64,000 nucleotides of DNA from an uncultured delta proteobacterium (GCA_963808395.1 CAWEFJ010000031.1:190384-254383); one strand, 5' to 3'; shown: positions 10,512 to 21,103, counted from the stretch's first letter. The notes: generated by a model from the sequence alone, not told the origin. Made by a program: numbers and translations.

Positions 10512-10690
10512 TGCTCCAGCGTCGTAATGATCTGATATCTATTAAATTTTGGGGATTAATGATTGTGGGATAAGTTGCCAAACTGGGCACATATGCTCAG
10601 AGGGGTAAAAATTGCCGAGATGATCTCTAGATGCTCTAAGATATTTTGGGGAGAGGGTGGTTTTAGATGCCTGCTGCTTTCAGGCAAGGA

Positions 10691-11026
10691 CTACAGCCGA
10701 AATCTCTTCTCCGGGGGGCGGCGCTCCGGCACATACGCATGGGGCAGCTTTCCCTCGTTCCATTCCCGGGACACATAAAGATTGCAGTAGCAACTGCCAT
10801 ATGCAGCCACATCCGGCCCCCGGTACACACACGGACAGATAATGTCCTGATCCCAATGCCGATCCTCCGCCGCCAGCCGGCAAGGACAGCACATATAGCC
10901 ATAGCGTTTTTGGTTGACCAACAACCCTTCCAAGAGATCAAACACCCTCTTTTTATTTTTATTAAAATAGTAGCCTTGGGCCTCTTGGCTTTTCTTTAGA
11001 ACCTCGTAAAGTTGTTCAACCTTCAT
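10691..11026 (-). CDS. Ferredoxin:thioredoxin reductase catalytic-subunit-like protein
   Basis: 111 aa with the FTR-beta cysteine pattern MCCPCR...ICPCVYRGPDVAAYGSCYC. Confidence 0.75.
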   Translation of the reverse strand: MKVEQLYEVLKKSQEAQGYYFNKNKKRVFDLLEGLLVNQKRYGYMCCPCRLAAEDRHWDQDIICPCVYRGPDVAAYGSCYCNLYVSREWNEGKLPHAYVPERRPPEKRFRL

Positions 11027-11283
11027 TGGATTCCGAGTATCTCCTTGATTTCTTTTTTTTGCAGGCCGACAATGACGCTATCGCCGATAACGATGGTAGG
11101 GAAGGCGCACTCCGGACTTAACTCCTTAAGTTCCATCAGAGCCTTCTTTCTTTCTTCGGGAGCTAACTTATCAACGTCTATACATTTATAGGCAACCCCG
11201 CACTGATTCAAAAATTCCTTGGTATCTTTACAATGAATGCAGGTACTCAATGCATAAAGTTTGACATCACACTGGTTGTTCAT
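11023..11283 (-). CDS. Glutaredoxin-like small redox protein
   Basis: 86 aa, thioredoxin fold with CIHC active site (LYALSTCIHCKDTKEFL). 4-nt overlap with the FTR-like gene. Confidence 0.75.
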   Translation of the reverse strand: MNNQCDVKLYALSTCIHCKDTKEFLNQCGVAYKCIDVDKLAPEERKKALMELKELSPECAFPTIVIGDSVIVGLQKKEIKEILGIQ

Positions 11284-11415
11284 CTTGCCCTTCCCGGTTT
11301 GATGGGGGAATCTTGGTTTTATTAGAAACTAACAACCTTGCCATTCACCGGCCGGAGGCCGGTGCCACATTTTTACTGGCTTCTGATTACTAGAGCCGGT
11401 GAAAGTCCCTCACCT

Positions 11416-11495
11416 GTCATTCTGAGGGAGCGAAGCGACCGAAGAATCTCATAATTATAAGTAAATACCAGATCCTTCGCTTCGCTCAGGATGAC
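11416..11495. repeat. MITE-like palindromic element (GTCATTCTGAG..GCGAAGCGA..GAATC / GATCC..TCGCTTCGC..CAGGATGAC family), copy 1
   Basis: Inverted arms at 11416-11448 and 11471-11495. Related copies at 32117-32187 and 51224-51286. Confidence 0.7.
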
Positions 11496-11523
11496 CAATG
11501 ATTTTAGAGAGGTCTCTACTCTG

Positions 11524-12360
11524 CTACTGCTCCTTCCAGGTCTTGCGGCTCAGCTCGATCTTCTGGCGCACCGTTTTCCAGGCCTCCTTGGTGAGGAAGG
11601 ACTCCCGCCAGCGCTGCACCATGGGCGCGAACAAGGCGTAGGGCACCGCCAGGGTGATCTCATCGGGCTTGAGGAACTTGCGGTCCGAGGGGTCCCAGCC
11701 GCCCAGCACCGCCTTGAGCTGGCCCCGCTCCAGGTACTTCAGGGGCCAGGCGACGATGTTGGTGCAGCCCGCGCCGAAGGGGGATTGCACCACCTCAAAG
11801 TCGTTGGTGACGAAGGTGGCCAGTTGGTGGAGGCCGGAGATGGTTTCGGCCCGGCCGAAAAAGATCACCACCTCGGGGGTTTCGTCAGGGCTGAATTGAC
11901 TGAGTTGTTTGAAAACGCAGAACTGCTCCGGGGCCGGCCTGGGGTCCATGACCTCGAAGAAGCGGCGCACCGCCGCGGGGGAGTCCAGGTAGCATTCGCC
12001 TTCGAAGACTCCGGGCTGGCCGGTGGAGACGTAATGGACGATGCGCTCCAACTGGGGCTTCAGGAACCCCAAATAGAAGGCGCCCCCCAGGCAGCCGAAG
12101 CGGGTCTGGTCGAAGCAGGCGGGTCGCTTCAGCTTCCGGGCCCGCCAGAGCACCCCGATGACGCAGGAGAAATTGGCGAAGGCCGCTTCCCAATCCAACT
12201 CGCCGGCCCTCTCCTGCTCCGCGCTGGGCAGCACCGCGGCCTGGGGGGAGATGGCCTCCCGGGGGGCCACCGGGGTGTAGTACAGGCCCAGGGGTTCTTC
12301 CCGCAGACCCAGGATGTCGCAGAAGGCCTGAATTTCCGGAAGATCGTCTTGAATGGTCAT
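11524..12360 (-). CDS. DUF169-family protein
   Basis: 278-aa intact ORF. The sequence pattern (FGCLGGAFYLGF...FGAGCTNIVAWPL) is typical of DUF169/COG2043. Confidence 0.65.
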   Translation of the reverse strand: MTIQDDLPEIQAFCDILGLREEPLGLYYTPVAPREAISPQAAVLPSAEQERAGELDWEAAFANFSCVIGVLWRARKLKRPACFDQTRFGCLGGAFYLGFLKPQLERIVHYVSTGQPGVFEGECYLDSPAAVRRFFEVMDPRPAPEQFCVFKQLSQFSPDETPEVVIFFGRAETISGLHQLATFVTNDFEVVQSPFGAGCTNIVAWPLKYLERGQLKAVLGGWDPSDRKFLKPDEITLAVPYALFAPMVQRWRESFLTKEAWKTVRQKIELSRKTWKEQ

Positions 12361-12417
12361 TTGCCGCCCTTCCTTTTTAGAAAAATCCTGCCCCGCCAGC
12401 TCGGGCGTCCCGCCTAA

Positions 12418-12610
12418 GGTGATGCTTCATGATTGCTAGGACATTCAAACTACGGTTTTTTAACCCCCCTTGGAAAAGGGGGGCAGGGGGGATTTAAAAT
12501 AACCTCCTGAAATCCCCCTAAATCCCCCTTTTCCAAAGGGGGACTTTAATACCCTGGGAACTTAGATTTTCACCTAATTTAATGCCATACTATTTACGAA
12601 GCACAACACT
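12418..12610 (+). repeat. ~190-bp MITE-like repeat family, copy A
   Basis: Near-identical to 55529-55719 (same orientation) and 50994-51186 (inverted). Ends GTGATGCTTCATGATTGC / TATTTACGAAGCACAACAC form an imperfect terminal inverted repeat. Internal G/C-run hairpins. Confidence 0.85.
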
Positions 12611-12869
12611 GAACAAGATCTTGGCGCAGCGCGCCCCCAAGGAGTCGTCAGGCGCGGGTGAGAAACCCGCCCTCTAAGGGCGATAAAGGTCAGGAACCCC
12701 GGATAAAAAGGTAACCCGGGCTCAAGAATTTTGTGGCCTTTGGCTCCCGGCCGCACCCGGCCGCCCCGCCCATTTATCCATAAGAGATAATTAAGCATTT
12801 CTCCGGCCCGGTCAAGGCGGGCCCTTAAGAAAAGCGGGGATCGGCCCTGCCTTCCCGGTGCAATCTTTC

Positions 12870-12898
12870 TTGACAACCCGGGCAATATTTTTTATGAT
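12870..12898 (+). promoter_or_regulatory. Sigma-70-type promoter candidate for the hdrL-mvhD operon
   Basis: TTGACA (12870-12875), 17-nt spacer, TATGAT (12893-12898), about 70 nt upstream of the ATG at 12966. GGAAGG RBS before the start. Confidence 0.55.
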
Positions 12899-12965
12899 GG
12901 AAAGTGGGGAATTTCACAAAACTAGAACAAAATTACGTATATAAATACTGACGGAAGGTAATATT

Positions 12966-15900
12966 ATGGCAGCCGAAAAGCGAGATCCGGTAGGCAAGGT
13001 AATGGTGGTGGGGGCCGGGATCGCCGGGGTGCAGGCCGCCCTGGACCTGGCCAACGCCGGTTTTTACGTGCATCTGGTGGAAAAGAAGTCGGCCATCGGC
13101 GGCGTCATGGCCCAGTTGGACAAGACCTTCCCCACCAACGACTGCTCCATGTGCATCATCTCCCCCAAGCTGGTGGAATGCGGCCGCCACCTGAATATCG
13201 AGATCCTCACCCTGTCCGAAGTGAAGGCCATCAGCGGCGAGCCCGGGCAACTTCAAGGTCACCGTGGAGAAGGAGCCCCGCTACATCGACCCGGCCAAGT
13301 GCACCGGCTGCGGCGCCTGCACCGAGGTCTGCCCGGTGCGGGTGCCCGACGAATTCAACCTGGGGCTGAGCCGAAGGCAAGGCCATTTACCGCCTCTATC
13401 CCCAGGCCATTCCCGCCACCTTCGCCATCAAGAAGCTCGACCGGGCCCCCTGCGTCCGGGCCTGCCCGGCCAATCTCAGCGCCCAGGGCTACGTCCAGCT
13501 CATCAAGGAGCACAAATATCCCGGAGGCCCTGGCCCTCATCATGGACCGGCTGCCGCTGCCCGGCACCATCGGCCGCATCTGCCCCCACCCCTGCGAGAC
13601 CGACTGCCGCCGCCAGGAAGTGGATGAGCCCATCGCCATCTGCAACCTGAAGCGCTTCGTGGCCGACCAGGTGGACTGGGACGCCCTGCCGGTGCCCGAA
13701 ATCCCCCACAGAAGCGAGACGGTGGCCATCGTCGGCGCCGGCCCCTCGCGGGTTGAGCTGCGCCTACCACCTGGCCCTGAAGGGCTATCAAGGCGGTGAT
13801 CTTCGAGGCCGCGCCCGAGGCCGGCGGCTGGCTGCGCTACGGCATCCCGGCCTACCGCCTGCCCCGGGAAGTCCTGGAAGGGAAGTGGATTACATCCAAG
13901 CGCTGGGCGTGGAGATCCACTGCAACACCCCCATCGGCGGCGACCGCACCATCAACGACCTGCTGACCCGGGACGGCTTCAGCGCCGTCTTCCTGGGGGT
14001 GGGCGCCCAGGATTCGCGTGCGCATCCCGGTGCCCGGCTCCGAGGCCCAGGGGGTGCTCTGGGGCGTCGAGTACCTGAAAGACTCGGCCATCGGGCAAGA
14101 AGCCCGATGTCAAGGGCAAGAAGGTGCTGGTCATCGGCGGCGGCAACGTGGCCATGGACGTGGCCCGCACCGCCCGGCGCCAGGGCGCCAAGACGTCACC
14201 CTCGATCTGCCTGGAAACCCGCGAAGAGATGCCCGCCTCCTCCTGGGAAGTGGAAGAGGCCGAAGCACGAAGGCGTGGCCATCGTCCACCGCTGGGGCGT
14301 CAAAGCAGATCAACTGGCCGCAGGGCGGCAAGGTCACCGGCATCGAGACTGAAGGCGGTGGAGCGGGTCTTCGACGAGCAGGGCCGCTTCGCCCCCACCT
14401 ATTTTGAAGATCAGACCAAGACCGAGGACGCCGACGTGGTCATCATGGCCATCGGCCAGAAGACCAACCTGAAGTTCATCACCGAGGCCGACGGCATCGA
14501 GCTCACCCCCCGGGGCCTCATCCAGGCCGACCCGGAGACCAAGGCCACCAGCCGGGAAGGCGTCTTTGCCGGCGGCGACGTGGAGACCGGCCCCTGGATC
14601 GCCATCGCCGCGGTGGCCGCGGGCCGGGAAGCGGCCATCTCCATCGACCGCTACCTCCAGGGCCAGGATCTGAAGGCCGGCCGGCAGCTGCCGCTGCGCC
14701 CCATCCAAGGAAGAAGGCAAGTGGAACCCCGTCCCCAGGAGCCGACACCAGAAGAAGCACCGGGCCCTCATGCCACCACTGCCGGTGGAGGAGTGGCTCA
14801 AGGGCTTCAAGGAAATCAACCTGGGCTACGACGAAGAAGCAGGCCGTGGCCGAGGCGGCCCGCTGCATCAACTGCGGGGTCTGCTCCGAATGCATGCAGT
14901 GCGCCATCGCCTGCCAGGCCAAGGCCGTGGCCCACGACCTGGGCCCCGAGAAACTGGAGCTGGACGTGGGCGCGGTGGTGCTGGCCCCGGGCTTTACGGT
15001 CTACGATCCCAGCAAATATGCGGCCTATCATTACTGCCAAGTACTCCCAACGTGGTCACCAGCCTGGAGTTCGAGCGGATTCTCTCCGCCTCCGGGCCCT
15101 TTGCCGGCCACCTGATCCGGCCCAGCGACCACAAGGAGCCCAAGAAGATCGCCTGGCTCCAGTGCGTGGGCTCCCGGGACCTGAACCACTGCGACAACAG
15201 CTACTGCTCCGTCGGTGTGCTGCATGTACGCCATCAAGCAGGCGGTGATCGCCAAGGAGCATTGCAAGGACATACGCCCTGGACGCCTCCATCTTCTTCA
15301 TGGACATGCGCACCCACGGCAAGGAATTCGAGAAATACTACTGGCGGGCCGAGGACGAACACGGGGTGCGCTTCATCCGCTCCCGGATCCACACCATCGA
15401 CGCGGTGCCGGGCACCGACGACGCTGGCCATCCGCTACCTCGCGGAGAACGGCGAAATGAAGACGGAAGTCTTCGACATGGTGGTCCTGTCCGTGGGTCT
15501 GGAGTCCTCCCCGGACGCCCTGAAACTGGCCAAGACCATGGGTGGATCGAGGTCAAGCCCGACACCCGCTTCGCCGACACCTCGCCCTTCACGCCGGTGG
15601 CCACCAATCAGGCCGGGCATCTATGTCTGCGGCGTCTTCCAGGCCCCCAAGGACATCCCCCAGTCGGTCATGGAGGCCTCCGCCGCCGCGGCCGCGGCCG
15701 GGCGAACTCCTGGCTCCGGCCCGGGGCACCGCAGCTCAAGAAGCGGGAGCTGCCGCCGGAGATCGACGTCAGCCGGCCAGGAGCCCCGGGTGGGCGTCTT
15801 TGTCTGCAACTGCGGCATCAATATCGGCGGGGTCATCAACGTCCCGGCCCTGGCCGAATATGCCGCCACCCTGCCCGGCGTGGTCCTGGCCGACCAGAAC

Positions 15901-17460
15901 CTGTTCACCTGCTCCGCCGACACCCAGGACAAGATCCTGGACGCCATCAAGGAGCACAAGCTGAACCGGGTGGTGGTGGCCTCCTGCTCGCCCCGGACCC
16001 ACATGCCCATGTTCCAGGAGACCATCCAGCAGGTGGGCCTCAACCCCTACCTCTTCGAGATGGCCAACATCCGGGACCAGGACTCCTGGGTGCACATGCA
16101 CGAGCCGGAAAAGGCCCTGGAAAAGGCCAAGGACCTGATCCGGGGCGCGGTGGCCCGGGTGGTGCAATCTGGAACCCCTGCACAAGCAGGCCTTCCCGGT
16201 CACCAAGAGCGCCCTGGTCATCGGCGGCGGCGTGGCCGGCATGGAAGCGGCCCGTGTCCATCGCCGACATGGGCTTTCCGGTCTATCCTGGTGGAGAAGG
16301 GCGACAAGCTGGGCGGCAATGCCTGGAACCTGGTGACCAGCGCCCGGGGCTACGACTACCGGGGCTACCTGGAAGAGCTCATCAACAAGGTGGAGAAGCA
16401 CCCCAACATCGAGGTCCTGTTCAACTCCGAGGTCAAGGAAACCAGCGGCTTCATCGGCAACTTCAACACCACCATCAAGACCCCGGAGGGCGAGCGCCAG
16501 GTGGACCACGGCGTCACCGTCATGGCCACCGGCGGCCAGGCCTACCAGCCCGGAGGAGTACCTCTACGGCCAGCACCCCAACATCTTCACCTCCTTGGAG
16601 TTGGACAAGCTCATCGCCGGCCAAGGACCCCAGGGTCGACCGGCGCCCAGCAGGCGGTCTTCATCCAGTGCGTCGGCTCCCGGGAGCCGCAGCGGCCCTA
16701 CTGCAGCCGCCTGTGCTGCACCCACTCGGTGGAGAGCGCCATCGAACTGAAGACGGCATCGAACCCGGACCTGGACGTCTTTATCCTCTACCGGGATATG
16801 CGCACCTACGGGGAAAAGGAGCTGCTCTACAAAGAGGCCCGGGAACTGGGGGTGATCTTCATCCGCTTCGACCTGGAGAGCAAACCCAAGGTGGAGCAGG
16901 ACGGCCGACGGCAGCTCAAGGTCACCATCATCGATCCCATCCTGGGGCTGCCGGTGGTCCTGCGGCCCGACCTCCTCACCCTGGCCAGCGCCATCCTGCC
17001 CAACCCCGTGGAGGAGCTGGGCGAGATCTTCAAGGTGCCCCGCAACGCCGAAGGCTTCCTCAACGAGGCCCACGCCAAGCTGCGCCCGGTGGACCTGCCC
17101 TCCGACGGCATCTTCCTGGCGGGGCTGGCCCACTATCCCAAGCCCATCGATGAGTCCATCGCCCAGGCCAAGGCCGCCGCGGGCCGGGCCGCCACCTTCC
17201 TGGCCAAGGACCAGGTGGAGGTGGGCGGCATCGTGGCGGTGGTGGACCAGGACAAGTGCGCCGTCTGCCTCACCTGCGTGCGCACCTGCCCCTTCAACGT
17301 GCCGGTCATCGACTACACCGTGGACGCGGCCTACATCGACCCGGCCAAGTGCCAGGGCTGCGGCGTCTGCGCCTCGGAATGCCCGGCCAAGGCCATTACC
17401 CTGAAAAACTTCACCGACTCCCAGATCATCGCCCAGGAAACGGCCCTGGCCGCGGGTTAA
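12966..17460 (+). CDS. Giant HdrA-like flavoprotein with inserted GltD-like NAD(P)H module (HdrL-type heterodisulfide-reductase-like protein); many frame changes as assembled
   Basis: Pieces recognised across all three frames:
- VMVVGAGIAGVQAALDLA..FPTNDCSMCIISPKL
- CTGCGACTEVCP
- ICPHPCETDCRR and VAIVGAGPS, VLVIGGGNVAMDVART (GltD-like)
- CINCGVCSECMQC
- LQCVGSRD..YCSSVCCMYA
- VFVCNCGINIGG
- IQCVGSRE..YCSRLCCTHS
- CAVCLTCVRTCP and CQGCGVCASECP

Shift points I localised include ~13250, ~13373, ~13521, ~13749, ~13793, ~13885 and ~14005, with more beyond. Confidence 0.75.
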
Positions 17461-17475
17461 GGAAAGGAGAGAGCC

Positions 17476-17925
17476 ATGACCGGCGAATTTGCTCCCAAAA
17501 TCATCGGCTTTTGCTGCCGCTACTGAGCATACAGCGCCGCGGACCTGGCAGGTTCGATGCGGCTGCAATATCCCCCGGATATCAAGATCATCATGATGCC
17601 CTGCACCGGGCGGGTGGACATCCTCCACCTGCTCAAGGCCTTCGAGGCCGGGGCGGATGCGGTCTTCGTGGCCGGCTGCCTGGAGGGCGAGTGCCATTAC
17701 CTGACGGGCAATATCCAGGCCAGGAAACGGGTCAACAAGGTGAAGAAGGACTTCGCCCAGATGGGCTTCGAGCCGGAACGCCTGGAGATGTTCAACCTGT
17801 CATCTTCGGAAGGGCCGAGATTCGCGGCCATCGCCAAGGAAATGGTGGAGCGGGCCTTAAAACTGGGCCCCAGCCCCATGAACCACCAGGCCCGGGAGGC
17901 CTGGCTGAAGGCCAAGGCGGCGTAA
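17476..17925 (+). CDS. mvhD: MvhD-like (methyl-viologen-reducing hydrogenase delta subunit family) protein with in-frame TGA read as selenocysteine
   Basis: ATG at 17476 with GGAGAG RBS. The reading is MTGEFAPKIIGFCCRY-TGA(17524-17526)-AYSAADLAGSMRLQYPP.., in the same frame as ORF 17557-17925. The TGA sits where MvhD/VhuD proteins have the conserved Cys/Sec of the FxCNWC(U)xYxGAD motif. Confidence 0.8.
17536..17563 (+). promoter_or_regulatory. Candidate bacterial SECIS stem-loop
   Basis: Begins 10 nt after the UGA. GCCGC (17536-17540) pairs with GCGGC (17559-17563). An inner helix ACCT/AGGT (17543-17546 / 17550-17553) closes a GGC loop. Confidence 0.4.
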
Positions 17926-17940
17926 GAAAGCGGAAATGAT

Positions 17941-18200
17941 ATTGGGGGAGGGGGCAAAGGGCAGAGGCCCTTGCCCCCTCCCCCAAACCCCCACCCCCAA
18001 TCCCATAAGTAGGGGCGACCCGCTGGGTCGCCCCTAAATTGTAGGGTGCGCACCGCGCCCCATCGAAGAGGGAGGGCCATGGCCCTCCCTGTTCATTTGT
18101 CTTTGTAGCCGCAGGCTTTAGCCTGCGCTTGCCCGGTACGCGGGTAGCCTGCTCGCCAGATCAAACAAATGGGCGGACACCTAGGTCCGCCCCTACGTCT
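17941..18200. repeat. REP/BIME-like cluster of GTAG-headed hairpins
   Basis: - GGGGGAGGGGGCAA..TTGCCCCCTCCCCC
- GTAGGGGCGACCCGCTGGGTCGCCCCT (18009-18035)
- GTAGGGTGCGCACCGCGCCCC
- GGGAGGGCCATGGCCCTCCC
- GTAGCCGCAGGCTTTAGCCTGCG
- GGGCGGACACCTAGGTCCGCCCCTAC

The first ~95 bp recur at 25343-25436. Confidence 0.8.
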
Positions 18201-18269
18201 TTGGTTACGACCGGCTTTTTGCTGAAAGCTGCACGCTTTTTCTGCTCACTGCTCACTGCTTACTTCCTT

Positions 18270-19733
18270 CTAATCCACCCAGTAATTCGGCGCTTCCTTC
18301 ATGATGATGACGTCGTGGACGTGGGACTCCTTGAGGCCGGCGGGGCTGATGCGCACGAATTTGGCCCTGGCCTGGAGTTCCCGGATGTTTGCGGCCCCCA
18401 CGTAGCCCATGCCGGAGCGCAGGCCGCCCATGAGCTGATAGATGACGTCGGAGAGCCAGCCCCGGGAAGGCACCCGGCCGACGATGCCTTCGGGCACCAG
18501 CTTGCATTCCAGGTCCACGTCCTCCTGGCAGTAGCGGTCCCGGCTGCCGGTCTTCATGGCCTCCATCGAGCCCATGCCCCGGTAGATCTTGTAGCTGCGC
18601 CCCTGGAAGATCACGGTCTCTCCCGGGGACTCCTCGGTGCCGGCGAAGAGGTGACCGATCATCACCACCTCCGCCCCCGCGGCCAGGGCCTTGGTGACGT
18701 CTCCGGAATACTTGATGCCGCCGTCGGCCACCAGGGGCACGTCGGCTTCCCGGGTCACCCGGGCGCAGTCCATGATGGCGCTGAGCTGGGGCACTCCCAC
18801 CCCGGCGATCACCCGGGTGGTGCAGATGGAGCCCGGCCCCACCCCGACCTTCACGGCGTCGGCCCCGGCCCGCATCAGGTCCCGGGCCCCTTCGGCGGTG
18901 GCCACGTTGCCGGCGATCAATTCCATCTGGGGGAAATTCTGCTTGGCGTCGGCCACCGCCTCCACCACCCGGTTGGAATGGCCGTGGGCCGTATCGATGA
19001 CGATGACGTCCACTCCGGCCTTGAGCAGGGCGTCGATCCGTTCTTCCCGGTCCGGGCCCACCCCCACCGCGGCCCCCACCCGCAGGCGGCCAAACTCGTC
19101 TTTGCAGGACCAGGGATATTTGCGGATCTTCTCGATGTCCTTGATGGTGATGAGGCCGTTCAGGTCGCCCGCTTCATCCACCACCAGCAGCTTCTCAATG
19201 CGATATTTATGGAGCAGGGCCTTGGAGTCCTCCAGGGTGATGCCCACCTGGGCGGTGACCAGGTGGTCCTTGGTCATCACCTCCTTGACCTTCTGATTCA
19301 GGTTGGTCTCGAAACGCAGGTCCCGGTTGGTGACGATGCCCACCAGCTTGCGTCCCTCCACCACCGGAATCCCGGAGATGCGGTAGCGCTCCATCATCTG
19401 CAGGACGTCGGCGATGCGGGCCTCCGGCCCGATGGTCACCGGGTCGATGATCATCCCGGACTCGGATTTCTTCACCTTTTCGGCTTCCAGGGCCTGGGCG
19501 GCGATGGCCATGTTGCGGTGCAGGATGCCGATCCCCCCCTGGCGGGCCAGGGAAATGGCGGTATCGGCCTCGGTAACCGTGTCCATGGCGGAGCTCAACA
19601 GCGGGATGTTGAGGCTGATGCGCCGGGTGAGGCGGGTGCTGAGGTCCACCTCGCTGGGCAGCACCGCCGAGGCCCCGGGCAGTAACAGGAGGTCATCGAA
19701 GGTATAGGCATAGTGAATGGCGTCTGGGCTCAT
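18270..19733 (-). CDS. guaB: IMP dehydrogenase
   Basis: 487-aa intact ORF with CBS pair, catalytic loop [11 protein letters not shown], and GGIKYSGD. Confidence 0.95.
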
Positions 19734-19933
19734 GGGGGCATCCTTGAGTTTCGAGTTGTAGGGGTGCAGTGGCCAGACTTCCGCCTGTGACGGGTCGCCC
19801 AGTTTCGAGTTTTGAGCTTAGGTTTCAATTGCTCCGTTTTTATTAAATAAAACCAACTGTTACTGCAAGCGAGGCAATCAAGTGGCGCAGCCGTCCCCTG
19901 GCGAAGTTCTTAAAATATTCTGCCTATTTTAAC

Positions 19934-20937
19934 TCAAAACTCGAAACTCGAAACTCGAAACTTCATTGAAACTTCATTAAAACTTGCCAAAACTCCTTCC
20001 AGGAGTCCGGCGTCCACCACCACCAGGGAGTCCTGGCCGAATACCTCCAGGATGGTCAGGATGAGCAAGGCCCCGGCCACCATGACCCCGGCCTTGGCGG
20101 GCTCGATCCCGGGAAGCCTGGCCCGCTCCGCCTCAGGCAGCCGGCAGATGAGCTCGCTCAGCTCCGCCACCCGGGTCCGGGTCAGGAGCAGGTTATTGAC
20201 CTGCTTCGGGTCGTAGCGGGTCAGCCCCAGGTGCATGGCCGCCAGGGTGGTCACCGCCCCGGCGGTGCCCACCAGTCTGGCCCCGCGCCGCCGCTCCGGC
20301 GGGAAGGTCAGGTCCCGGAAGCGCGTCAAATCCTGGGCCAGGCGCCGCTTCAGGGCGGCCACCTTCTCCGGGTCCGGCGGGTCCCCCAGGGGATGGGCCT
20401 GGCTCAGGGTGAGGACCCCCAGGGGCAGGCTGGCGAACTGCGATTCCCGTCCCGGCCGCGCCAGGGCGAACTCGGTGCTGCCGCCGCCCACGTCCACCAC
20501 CAGGACCGGGGTCCGCCAGATATGGGGGGGCCAGCGCCGTGAGCACCCCCGGCAAGGATAGGCGAGCCTCCTCCTCCGGGGCCAGAACCACGAACTTCGA
20601 GGCCCAGCCCCTCACGCAGCCGCTTCAGAAAGACGGGGCCGTTCTTGGCGGCCCGCACCGCGTGGGTAGCCACCACCCGGCAGTGCTCCACCCGATAGTC
20701 GGCCAGCGCCTGCTTAAAACCTGCCAGGGCCTGCAGGGTTCGGGCCATGCCCTCCGGGGCCAGCTCGCCGGTTTGGGCCAGGCCCCGGCCCAGGCCGGTG
20801 ATTTCCCGGAGGTGCAGCAGGAGCTGGAATTGCCCGGGTCCTCTGGGCTCCGCCACCGCCAGGCGCACGGTGAGGCTGCCCAGATCGATGGCGGCGAAAC
20901 GGATTTTTTTTAAGGGAGAATGGCCGGCGCCGGTCAT
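19934..20937 (-). CDS. Ppx/GppA-family phosphatase (two frame changes as assembled)
   Basis: N-terminal piece 20404-20937 (FAAIDLGSLTVRLAV..). Middle piece is in the frame of 20193-20615 (VLAPEEEARLSLPGVL). C-terminal piece 19934-20500 (VVDVGGGSTEFAL..). Confidence 0.8.
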
Positions 20938-21103
20938 AATAGCGGTCAGCTTTCAGCCAGGGTGCGACGCGCTTAAATACTGCTTTTCCTAAACCTAAGA
21001 GGTGCGCAGTGTGCACCCTACGGAGCTATTTTTGGACGGGTTAGCAATTGGCATCGCTTTGGTCTTTGCCTTTAGCTGCTCAGCTGCTAACTGCTTGTCA
21101 CTC

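Noticed and set aside
10566-10585. Shared 12-mer GGGATAAGTTGC at 10568 and 46127 as possible island att sites.
   Set aside because: It is too short, the flanks do not align further, and the two sites border unrelated islets. Chance cannot be excluded.
12966-17460. Additional selenocysteine codons inside hdrL.
   Set aside because: Both CVGSR(D/E) motifs, where some HdrA proteins carry Sec, encode Cys here. With so many frame changes, I cannot distinguish any TGA from an out-of-frame stop.
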